From the NCBI GenBank assembly GCA_049519175.1, contig JBEKQZ010000003.1, positions 1 through 46,805 on the forward strand: a stretch of DNA of 46,805 nucleotides, written 5' to 3'. The position numbers were made by a program, and so were the translations under genes. Positions 38,829 to 46,805 of the stretch are shown piece by piece. Source of the DNA: Candidatus Levyibacteriota bacterium. Lineage in GTDB: Bacteria > Patescibacteriota > Microgenomatia > Levybacterales > UBA12049. Under the pieces are notes generated by a model. The model did no database searches. It was given only the letters and a program-made list of their open reading frames with translations, and had not been told where the DNA came from. Numbering within the stretch: the first letter of the stretch is position 1; the number at the start of each line of letters is the position of its first letter.

Positions 38829-41351
38829 ATGAAAAAATTGCTACTGCCTTTAGTAATTATCTTATTTCTTAGCCTCTTCATTTTCCTGTCACATAAAGCT
38901 ATCTATGCCGACACCAACAGTAGCCTCACGATTTCAGACGCTATCTATGCCGATCTGGCAGTTAGAAATTACTTAGACGATGTCAGCCTTTATTATTCAG
39001 ACAACAAAAAAAATACGGTTGTCAAACTGAACGAAACAAAACATTGGATACCCGCCAGCACAATCAAAACCTTCGCCGCAATGTACGCTTTTAAATTGAT
39101 TAGCGAAAAAAAATTAAGTCTTCAGGACAGCGTAGTCATTGATGCCAAGAATGATGTTCCGACGGAGCTAGTTACAGACGAAATGCCGACGCTTTTGGAA
39201 GGGGAAAGTGTCACGATTGACCGGCTTATCCGGCAAATGATCACCCAAAGCGATAATACGGCTTTTAACCAGTTGCTCGATGTTTTGGGTAGAGATAATA
39301 TTACCCATTATATCCAATCGTTGGGACTGACACATAGTAATGTCGGCTCAAAACTAAACTTAGATACTTCGCAAACGCAGTATGAATATGATGTTCCGGG
39401 CTACGGTATTAACACTACTACAGCCGCGGATTACGCCTTAGCCTTCCAACTCATCTACAGAAATAAAATTCCCGGGGCCAAACAGCTGTTTGCGATTTTG
39501 AAACAGCAAAAAATTAACAACATGATTCCTTTATATTTACCAAAAACCGTTATTTGTGCGCATAAAACAGGAGATTTAGATCCTTTATTCCACGATGGGG
39601 GAATTTGTCAGGATAGCAAACAGTCTTATGTTTTAACTATTTTTACCAACGCCGGCGACCCAAACTTAGTAGCGCATCTTTCGGAGCTAGTTTATACACG
39701 GAATTATAATTTGGTCGGAGCAGCTTTGACTAACCCGCAGGTAGGACAAAAGCCGGTGCCACAGCCGCTTGATCCCTTAGTAATGAATCATCCAAAATCC
39801 GCCGTACTTGGAGCCAGCACCGCTAATTTATTTCCGGTGCCGGAAATTACCGCCGCAGATTTAGGCGTGACGGCACAGGATTTATCGTTGGTAATTCAAA
39901 ATAATCAACTGCCAAAAGTAATTATTCCCGCCGATTCACCCCTGCATTTTATTTCGGACGCAATCCAAATTTCCGAAAGATCAATATCCCTCGGGGGCAG
40001 CGGGCAATTAAATACCGATTTACAAACCGCACAACTGCGTATTGCCGAAGCTAAAGATTTAGCCGACAAAGGACAAACGCCACAGGCAATAGATTTATTG
40101 CAAAGGGTGCAACAGGGACTAACGGTAATTGCGAAAAATCCGGAGCTGGCTCAGGATCCGACAGCACAAAATACCGTTCAGGCTATCTCGGAAACAAGTT
40201 TTTCTGTTTTGTCGGATGAATTGGCGAAAAGTAAAGGAGCGCAAAGAATAGCCATTATAAAAACTATTGCCGATCAGGCAAGGTCTACAACACAAAATGT
40301 TCAACCGAATATTCCCGATGCCAGTAATTCTACCAATCTTTCGCAAAAACCACTGGTGGGAGAAGTGGTTAAAACGACACCGACAGACGTCCAGGTTTTA
40401 ACTGCCGGCGGGCAGCAACTGACTATTCCTATTCAAAATAATAATGTTACGGTGAAAGAAAAACAAATTTCTGAAGTAACTCCTTTGACTGAATTAGCGA
40501 ATCAAGCTACGCAAGAAGCTGTCTTGTCGCCAACTCCAGCACCTTCTCTTACTTCCTTAAAGGTTGGAACAACGGTGGCTCTTTTTGGTTCCAGCGTTAA
40601 CAACACTTTTGCCCCTTCACTGGTTTTAACTAATGTTCCTCAAGAACTTGGAGCTCCTCAACCGGTCACTGTGGTTAAAGTAAATACACAAAATAACACA
40701 TTGGTGGTTAACGAGAACGGAGTTTATACGCAAGTTGATGTTAGTAATAACACAAAAATTCAAGGCGCCGATACAAATATTCCGCTTAACGTTATTAAAT
40801 CAGGCGACATCGTCGTCGTGCACGGGGAACCACTTGTGCAGACTCCGGCGGCCACAATAGAACCAACTTCGTCGCCAACGGTAAATCCAAATTCACCAAC
40901 TCCGACAGCTGCAAACGGAGCTGCAAACGGAGCTGCAAACAATGTTCTTACTACGCCCACGTCAACGGTTAAATTAACGATTACGCCAAGTCCGAGCAGT
41001 ATGCCAAGTCCGAGCATGAAACCAAATTTGTCTCCTACTCCAACGCCCGCCAAAAACGTTACTCCTACACTAACTTCAAAGTCTCCTACTCCAACCACAA
41101 AGCCAGTTGCAACTCCAACGCCCGCCAAAAGCGTAGTCCCAACGCCAACGCCGGTTCCAACAACCACTAAAATTGTCGCTCCGACCACGACTCCACAAGC
41201 TATCCAAAGCACCTCAATTCAGGTTGTTGAGAAAAGCTCCGATGTCTCATTGCCACCGCCTGTTGTCAAACAAACCACACCAGCCGCGCCCGCCGCGCCA
41301 GCGGCGCCAAAGAGCAATCCACCCACGCCGACGCCGGCAAATAAAAAATGA
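38829..41351 (+). CDS. Secreted class-A beta-lactamase-like serine hydrolase with DUF5667/DUF5666-like domains and a Pro/Thr tail
   Basis: SxxK (ASTIK), SDN (QSDN), KTG (HKTG); IPADSPLHF...RIAEA; PT-rich C-terminus. Confidence 0.85.
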   Translation: MKKLLLPLVIILFLSLFIFLSHKAIYADTNSSLTISDAIYADLAVRNYLDDVSLYYSDNKKNTVVKLNETKHWIPASTIKTFAAMYAFKLISEKKLSLQDSVVIDAKNDVPTELVTDEMPTLLEGESVTIDRLIRQMITQSDNTAFNQLLDVLGRDNITHYIQSLGLTHSNVGSKLNLDTSQTQYEYDVPGYGINTTTAADYALAFQLIYRNKIPGAKQLFAILKQQKINNMIPLYLPKTVICAHKTGDLDPLFHDGGICQDSKQSYVLTIFTNAGDPNLVAHLSELVYTRNYNLVGAALTNPQVGQKPVPQPLDPLVMNHPKSAVLGASTANLFPVPEITAADLGVTAQDLSLVIQNNQLPKVIIPADSPLHFISDAIQISERSISLGGSGQLNTDLQTAQLRIAEAKDLADKGQTPQAIDLLQRVQQGLTVIAKNPELAQDPTAQNTVQAISETSFSVLSDELAKSKGAQRIAIIKTIADQARSTTQNVQPNIPDASNSTNLSQKPLVGEVVKTTPTDVQVLTAGGQQLTIPIQNNNVTVKEKQISEVTPLTELANQATQEAVLSPTPAPSLTSLKVGTTVALFGSSVNNTFAPSLVLTNVPQELGAPQPVTVVKVNTQNNTLVVNENGVYTQVDVSNNTKIQGADTNIPLNVIKSGDIVVVHGEPLVQTPAATIEPTSSPTVNPNSPTPTAANGAANGAANNVLTTPTSTVKLTITPSPSSMPSPSMKPNLSPTPTPAKNVTPTLTSKSPTPTTKPVATPTPAKSVVPTPTPVPTTTKIVAPTTTPQAIQSTSIQVVEKSSDVSLPPPVVKQTTPAAPAAPAAPKSNPPTPTPANKK
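40908..40940 (+). repeat. 12-bp coding tandem repeat (AANG x2.75)
   Basis: GCTGCAAACGGA GCTGCAAACGGA GCTGCAAAC. Confidence 0.8.
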
Positions 41352-41382
41352 TTCTTCTAAACAGAGTTGGTATAATCATTAA

Positions 41383-42564
41383 ATGACGGTAAAATCTAAG
41401 CCAAAAACTAAACATAAGAAAATAAGAAAACGGTCTCTCCGTAAGCCTTTTTTCAAATTGACCTCCATCGCTACGTGCATTGCCATTTTTTTAATAGTGA
41501 TAATTGGCGGATTTTATCTTTTACTGCGGGTTAATCAAACTTTCGCGGCTAATTTTGCCGACAACGTGTTAAGACCGCGGATCGGAAACCAAGCAACCAT
41601 TTATATTGAATCGGTTTTTTTTGGCATCGAAGATAATGTTAATCGGGTAAAATATTCTTTCGTAAAAGCAAACCCATCAGAGCTGTCGCAAAATTACACG
41701 GTAACGAATGCTTCGGTTGAGCGTTCGGTAGGCTTTAATCTGGCAAAAATAACCAGCTTAGCTTATTTTCCTTTTTTCCCGGGTGAAGGTGAATGGAATC
41801 AGATCTACAGCGGAACAATGGGAGCGTTAATGGCCAAGACCTTTGTCAGGCCTGACTCTAAGCGTTCTTACGCGATTGTCTATTTGGTAGAAATGAATAT
41901 GAACAATCTTGTTTTGTCCGCGGTCGCAGGAACTAAAGAGCCGGGAGGAGCAAATAGCCCCGGGCCCGGTAAAATCCCGCTAGCTGTCCAGCAAAGCAAT
42001 CTATTAGTGGCGGCTTTTAACGGAGGATTCCAGGAAAAGGACGGATACTACGGAATGGTTGTTAACGGAAAAACCTATCTTCCCTTGCAAAAAAATCTGG
42101 CTACACTGATTATCTACAATAACACCAAACCAAAAATTATTGATTACACCGGCCAGGATTTGGGCAAAAATGTCGTGGCGGTAAGACAAAACGGACCGCT
42201 GCTTCTGAAAAATTCCAAAGATGTTACTTCTTCAAGCGCCTGGGATATGCAGACTTGGGGGTTGACGACGACGAACTCAATGTATACCTGGCGTTCGGGA
42301 ATCGGCATCACCAGTAATGGGAATTTAATTTACGCCGCCGGACCATCACTAGTTCCGCAGACTCTGGCGGCGGCGCTAAAAGCAGCGGGAGCGGCTAATG
42401 CCATGCAATTAGACATTAATCCCGTTTGGGTGCGCTTTATGATATTCAACTCTTTGGGCAACGGAAAGTATAAATATTATTCTTTAAGTAGCGACATGAC
42501 TAACGGAGGATATCAGGATCTAACCGGATATCAAAAAGATTTTTTCTATCTCCTCGAAAAATAA
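41383..42564 (+). CDS. Phosphodiester glycosidase (NAGPA-like) family membrane-anchored protein
   Basis: AAFNGGF, TWRSGIG, AMQLDIN; N-terminal TM segment. Confidence 0.8.
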   Translation: MTVKSKPKTKHKKIRKRSLRKPFFKLTSIATCIAIFLIVIIGGFYLLLRVNQTFAANFADNVLRPRIGNQATIYIESVFFGIEDNVNRVKYSFVKANPSELSQNYTVTNASVERSVGFNLAKITSLAYFPFFPGEGEWNQIYSGTMGALMAKTFVRPDSKRSYAIVYLVEMNMNNLVLSAVAGTKEPGGANSPGPGKIPLAVQQSNLLVAAFNGGFQEKDGYYGMVVNGKTYLPLQKNLATLIIYNNTKPKIIDYTGQDLGKNVVAVRQNGPLLLKNSKDVTSSSAWDMQTWGLTTTNSMYTWRSGIGITSNGNLIYAAGPSLVPQTLAAALKAAGAANAMQLDINPVWVRFMIFNSLGNGKYKYYSLSSDMTNGGYQDLTGYQKDFFYLLEK

Positions 42565-42907
42565 AATACTTTTTAAGCATTTTCTCAGGAAGTAAGATTA
42601 ATGTAAGAATATTCGGGTTTAGCTCTGGAGAGTATAATACAGACTATGCAGTTAATAAAAAGTAAAGTCATTATTTTTATTCTTGCGCTTTTATTTTCCT
42701 CTTTCTTCTTTGCTTTACCAGTCTTTGCCAATAATAATGCCAACACTAATAATTCGCTTTTTTCAGTTAACAACAGTTCGGTTCCGGCCGATGGCTCATC
42801 CACCGCCACGATTTCCATTACGGTTAGAGACGATTCGAATAATGCGGTATCTGGAGATACGGTAACTTTAACCAGCTCCGGTGATTCGGGATTAGTGATT
42901 AACGGCG

Positions 42908-42985
42908 GAAGCACTGGTCGCCATAACTTCCGTCGTAGTCGCAGTATATTCCGTTCCAGTAAGCTAGAAAGCTATCAACTGTCAT
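42908..42985 (-). pseudogene. Truncated N-terminus of a CHAP-domain endolysin
   Basis: MTVDSFLAYWNGIYCDYDGSYGDQCF matches the DxDGxYGxQC motif, then runs into host sequence and stops. Confidence 0.75.
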
Positions 42986-43001
42986 AAGTTAATTATACTC
43001 T

Positions 43002-43295
43002 TTAATGCAAATGCTGTATATAGTTTAAAAATAAAAACATGAAAGTTCCACTTAAAACTGTCGCTGCTGTTGGAATAGCCACTTTCCACAATAGACTAGC
43101 TTTTTCAAGAGCTTGAAATCTCTCCTCGGTCTGACGGGCTACGACTGCCAGTTCTTCTTTGGAAGCAAACACCCCATTAATCTCTTTTAGAGAGGCCTTA
43201 ATTTCTGCTATGTCGCCTTGGATATTGTTTAGATTAGTATTCAAAATTGCTACATCTACTATGTTTTTTACGTCTATTTTAGTTGTTTTTACCAT
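43002..43295 (-). CDS. Coiled-coil plus C-terminal TM protein, XhlA/holin-like
   Basis: Architecture, and position immediately upstream of the endolysin start. Confidence 0.65.
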   Translation of the reverse strand: MVKTTKIDVKNIVDVAILNTNLNNIQGDIAEIKASLKEINGVFASKEELAVVARQTEERFQALEKASLLWKVAIPTAATVLSGTFMFLFLNYIQHLH

Positions 43296-43323
43296 ATTTG
43301 ACTCTTAGTGCTATAATGTATAC

Positions 43324-43494
43324 ATGATACTTTTTATTATTGAACTATTCTTCGCATATATAGCTTTTTGCATATTGCTCTACTTCGGTCAATTCTTATT
43401 AGCTCTATCAAAATTTCTAGTTCTTTATGTTTATTGTTTATATAAATCATTGACTACTAACTTGTCCTCCGGCTTGAAACACTCTAGGCAATAA
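43324..43494 (+). CDS. Small hydrophobic protein (56 aa; missing from the ORF track)
   Basis: MILFIIELFFAYIAFCILLYFGQFLLALSKFLVLYVYCLY...; TGcTATAAT 6 nt upstream of the ATG. Confidence 0.5.
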   Translation: MILFIIELFFAYIAFCILLYFGQFLLALSKFLVLYVYCLYKSLTTNLSSGLKHSRQ

Positions 43495-44411
43495 TTGATT
43501 CAAATATCCTCCTTCTTGTGGAATTACTTTTTGAGCAGCTTGAAAAGGAAGTTTACCAACGGCTGATAATGCTACCGCGACCACCGATTCAAACGGCAAT
43601 GTTAGCTTTACTGTTAGTTCCAATAATCCAAACCCCGGCACCGATACTTTTACCACTTCGGATACCAGTGATAATCCGGCTATCCCCTTAGGTTCTAATA
43701 GTAGTGTCACGGTCACTTTTACGACTCCTAACTCTTGTAATTATGGAACGCCGGCGACGCCGCAACTTACTTCGGCAGTTGCCGATAGTGATAATCAAAT
43801 TACGCTCACTTGGGCAGATGCGACCGACCCGGTCAGCTATTATTTGGTTTCTTATGGACTTACTTCGGGTCAATATATTTATGGCAATCCCAATGTTGGT
43901 GGGCAGGGCACGACTTCATACATAGTTGGCAATTTAGCAGCCGGCACCACTTATTATTTTGTGGTAAAAGCGGTAAATGGTTGCACGCCGGGGAGCGCTT
44001 CAAACGAAGTTTCCGCCACAACAACCGGCGGGGTTGTCGCAGCTACCCCCACGCCCGCTTCAGCGGATACGACTTCCGACACCGGTAGTCAAGACGAGGT
44101 TACGCCGACCGACACTCCAACACCAACTATTGCGCCAACCGCTACTCCCACACCGGCGCCAACTTTAGTGGCCGGGACTTCGAAAACACAGCTGTTGGTT
44201 TACATTATCATCTTCATTCTGTTCGTCGGAGGGATTGGTTGGTTTATCTACTGGAGACGCCAAAAAAATAAAAATATCTTGACCCCCAATAAGCCCAGCG
44301 AACAAACGCCCACCGATTTTATCAATCGATAATTTCCCCTCGCCTAATAAAAAATACACAACTTCACCATAAGCAAAGTTATGTATTAAAAGTTTTGTTA
44401 AGAAATGACTG

Positions 44412-44558
44412 CTACTTTTCTTCTAACTTTTCTTTTACCCACTTAAGCTTTTCTTCCAGCATCTTCTTTTTTGTTTCAAGATGCTCTTTTGACATTTTAT
44501 GTTCTTGGCAACACTCCGGCATTTCATGTCCGCCGCAATTGCATTTTTTATCCATCAT
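44412..44558 (-). CDS. Small Cys/His-rich coiled-coil protein (48 aa; missing from the ORF track)
   Basis: MMDKKCNCGGHEMPECCQEHKMSKEHLETKKKMLEEKLKWVKEKLEEK; strong RBS AAGGGGGGTGAA and upstream TATAAT. Confidence 0.75.
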   Translation of the reverse strand: MMDKKCNCGGHEMPECCQEHKMSKEHLETKKKMLEEKLKWVKEKLEEK

Positions 44559-44641
44559 ATCTTTCACCCCCCTTCAACACTCTTATTATAGACTAATCTT
44601 CGTTTTCGAAGATAACAATTATTTTTAGCTTAAGTAAGGAT

Positions 44642-44866
44642 TTATTTCTTTCTGATTTGTTTCCAAAGCCAAACTCCAACCAGGATTAAGTCGATTAAAA
44701 CAACTAAGGATATAATTAAGGAAATAATTAGAAATCCATGACCCCAGACTAACATTCCCGGGTGCATGCCGCGATACATCATTGGATTTGCATGCGCCAT
44801 TAAGTTTGCATGCGCTGCCGGGCTAGGATGTGCCATTGGACTAGGAAAATTTGCGTGTCCGTTCAT
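44642..44866 (-). CDS. Small Met/His-rich single-TM protein
   Basis: RBS AAGGGGGTGAA; AHANxM repeats followed by a TM segment. Confidence 0.75.
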   Translation of the reverse strand: MNGHANFPSPMAHPSPAAHANLMAHANPMMYRGMHPGMLVWGHGFLIISLIISLVVLIDLILVGVWLWKQIRKK

Positions 44867-44993
44867 AATTCACCCCCTTCCGCTATCTATTATTCAGATT
44901 AATGATTGTTTCTGAAAAGACGCTGAGTAGAATAGAAAAGAAATATATTGAGGGTCATTTGACTTATAACATAATTTCACTACACTAATACCT

Positions 44994-45746
44994 ATGCCAA
45001 AGTTTAATGTTCAATATCTGGCCAGAAAAGTTCCGGGGATAACGGTTTTCTTCTGGATTATAAAATTGTTATCTACTGCGATGGGAGAATCGACTTCGGA
45101 CTATCTGGTATTTCACATCAATCCGTATGTCGCTGTTTTATTAGGAAGCGTAGGGTTAGTAGTAGCATTAATACTTCAGCTTTTAGTCCGTCGGTATGTT
45201 GCCTGGATATATTGGCTGGCAGTGGTAATGGTTGCTATTTTTGGTACGATGGCCGCCGATGTTTTACACGTTGCTTTAGGCATCCCTTATCTAGTAACGA
45301 CGGTATTTTTTTCTGTCTCGCTTGCGGTTGTCTTCGTCGTTTGGTATATAAGCGAAAAAACTTTATCTATCCATGGCATTAATACCCGTCGGCGCGAGCT
45401 ATTTTATTGGGCAACGGTTATGGCAACTTTCGCACTTGGCACCGCTTTGGGCGACATGACGGCGGCAACTTTAAACTTGGGATATTTTTGGTCGGGGATA
45501 TTATTCACAATAATATTTTTAATTCCGGCAGTCGGCTTTTGGAAATTCCGTTGGAATAAAATTTTTGCTTTTTGGTTTGCCTATGTTATCACCCGGCCGC
45601 TGGGAGCTTCATTTGCCGATTGGTTGGGAAAGTCGTATTTAGGCGGTTTGGGGTTAGGCGACACAACAGTCAGCTTGGTTTTAACAATTTTAATAATCGT
45701 CTTCGTGATTTATCTGACAGTTACCCGTAAAGATATTAAGGGTTAA
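44994..45746 (+). CDS. COG4705/DUF347-type membrane protein
   Basis: KVPGITVFFWIIK..ST.MGE..SD, ELFYWAT..ATFALGTA.GD, FWFAYVITRPLGASFAD. Confidence 0.88.
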   Translation: MPKFNVQYLARKVPGITVFFWIIKLLSTAMGESTSDYLVFHINPYVAVLLGSVGLVVALILQLLVRRYVAWIYWLAVVMVAIFGTMAADVLHVALGIPYLVTTVFFSVSLAVVFVVWYISEKTLSIHGINTRRRELFYWATVMATFALGTALGDMTAATLNLGYFWSGILFTIIFLIPAVGFWKFRWNKIFAFWFAYVITRPLGASFADWLGKSYLGGLGLGDTTVSLVLTILIIVFVIYLTVTRKDIKG

Positions 45747-45749
45747 ATT

Positions 45750-45766
45750 TGGCTCCGAGGGATAGA
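45750..45766 (-). other. Possible tRNA 3'-end remnant (att-like site)
   Basis: Reverse complement TCTATCCCTCGGAGCCA resembles the 3' T-stem, acceptor strand and CCA of a tRNA-Gln. Confidence 0.35.
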
Positions 45767-45864
45767 CGACGTTAGAACCTGTTTCTGAGATTTAACACAT
45801 AACTCTCTGATTATTTCCTGATATTTTGCTTTTTATACGACTTTGTGATTTACTAGATGTATAT

Positions 45865-46805
45865 ATGAATACATCGAGTATTCAACCATTACTCCGCAAG
45901 GCCGCTAAGAAATCATTTCTTATCCGCGCACTAGCATTTACTCTAGTTATAGTTTTTGCTGTTCTTATCGGGTATATAGCCGGCAGGATTTCTCCGAGAG
46001 AGTGTTCCAAATCCGTTCTCGGATCTCAGTGGCCGACTTTTCCATCACCCACTCCAACTCCCACTAGTCATTGGCCGACTTTTCCATCACCCACTCCAAC
46101 TCCCACTAGTCATTGGCCGACTTTTCCATCACCCACTCCAACTCCCACTAGTCATTGGCCGACTTTTCCATCACCCACTCCAACTCCCACTAGTCATTGG
46201 CCAACGCCAACGCCCACTAATACGCCACTCACGCCGAACAAGATAAAACAGATCGTCAGCGATGTTGGAATAACTCTGAGCACAGGAATTACTATGAATA
46301 CAGGTACGCATAGTTATACCGTCAAAGGTAACATGCAGGATAGAATACTCGGATTAATCCAGATATCGGATCCGGTTACTTTAAGCGTAAATGGAAATGG
46401 CGGAATAAGGGCATCCATAGCCAAACCCTGGTGGCAAAAAATATTTACCAATCCGTTTATCAACGTAATAAAATGCTCTTCGATCACCACTGGAGAAACG
46501 GAGTGTCTTAAAGATGGGTGTAGCTACTGGAGTGACTGCGGTAAATGCGAAGACCCAACTACTCCGTATGATCTGGCATGTTCATGCGATACCATTAAAA
46601 GTAAAAGTACATGTAACGCATCTGCTTCTTGTAATTGGCATTCCGAGTGTGCCGGAGGAGGAGCTTGCGCAGTAGCTGGAACAAGCTCTCAAGTAGCCTG
46701 TGGGGGATGTCAAAATATCATTGGAGACAATGCCTGTGACGATACTCCCGGGTGCACTATTGATCCTCGTTGTGGTAGATGTGAAACCGTAGGTGTTTCC
46801 GACCC
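45865..46805 (+). CDS. Membrane-anchored surface protein with PT repeats and Cys-rich repeats; runs off the window
   Basis: Open frame from ATG 45865 to the end: TM segment, WPTFPSPTPTPTSH x4, then C-x8/9-C-x4/5-C-x-W repeats. Confidence 0.85.
   Translation, partial: MNTSSIQPLLRKAAKKSFLIRALAFTLVIVFAVLIGYIAGRISPRECSKSVLGSQWPTFPSPTPTPTSHWPTFPSPTPTPTSHWPTFPSPTPTPTSHWPTFPSPTPTPTSHWPTPTPTNTPLTPNKIKQIVSDVGITLSTGITMNTGTHSYTVKGNMQDRILGLIQISDPVTLSVNGNGGIRASIAKPWWQKIFTNPFINVIKCSSITTGETECLKDGCSYWSDCGKCEDPTTPYDLACSCDTIKSKSTCNASASCNWHSECAGGGACAVAGTSSQVACGGCQNIIGDNACDDTPGCTIDPRCGRCETVGVSD
46030..46202 (+). repeat. Perfect 42-bp tandem repeat, 4 copies plus a partial copy
   Basis: TGGCCGACTTTTCCATCACCCACTCCAACTCCCACTAGTCAT at 46030, 46072, 46114 and 46156. 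Confidence 0.97.

Larger units (their letters stand above)
42912..43551 (-). mobile_element. Phage-derived DNA fragment (lysis-module piece)
   Basis: Flanked by GGAAG at 42907-42911 and 43547-43551; carries a truncated CHAP N-terminus, an XhlA/holin-like ORF and the 3' end of an upstream gene. Confidence 0.75.
42646..44332 (+). pseudogene. Surface protein (signal peptide, invasin-type Ig, FN3, PT linker, C-terminal TM) split by a 640-bp insertion
   Basis: The 5' half SSVPADGSSTATISITVRD...INGG rejoins in frame with ...TADNATATTDSNGNVSFTV...ITLTW...YLVSYG...YYFVVKAVNG once the insert is removed. Confidence 0.85.

Noticed and set aside
42912-43551. Self-splicing intron or IS element as the insert
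   Set aside because: No group I/II core motifs, terminal inverted repeats or transposase; the content is antisense phage-like coding fragments.
43447-43716. 89-aa minus-strand ORF as a real gene
   Set aside because: It is a chimera of antisense host sequence and the 3' end of the truncated phage-like gene.
44395-44628. 77-aa plus-strand ORF
   Set aside because: It is antisense to the 48-aa ORF, which has a strong RBS and promoter.
46030-46202. CRISPR array
   Set aside because: The units are contiguous and identical with no spacers, they are in frame in a PT-rich ORF, and no cas genes are present.

Overview
Origin-of-replication region of a low-GC bacterial chromosome. The gene content and the leaderless gene starts point to Patescibacteria/CPR, probably Microgenomates (inference). 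Left arm: ABC-2 exporter, NUDIX hydrolase, tRNA-Ser(GGA), and a T4SS-like cluster with no relaxase or integrase (VirB6-like, four VirB2-like pilins, PrgI, VirB4, C39-like peptidase) converging on dnaN. Centre: oriC between dnaN and dnaA, then rpmH-rnpA-yidD-yidC-jag. Right arm: glycosylation genes, rnhA, valS, rplY, ruvCAB, a GuaB-family enzyme plus purA, dnaG, rpoD and secreted proteins. Most notable observations: (1) a 640-bp phage lysis-module fragment, flanked by GGAAG direct repeats, splits an Ig/FN3 surface-protein gene; (2) an ASCH/PUA-like domain is inserted in ValRS; (3) a 36-bp palindrome is inserted in frame in a metallo-beta-lactamase-fold gene; (4) a 127-nt structured element lies between ruvC and ruvA; (5) the GuaB homologue looks more like a GMP reductase; (6) promoter geometry is mostly leaderless. 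All family calls come from motif recognition by eye; no searches were run.
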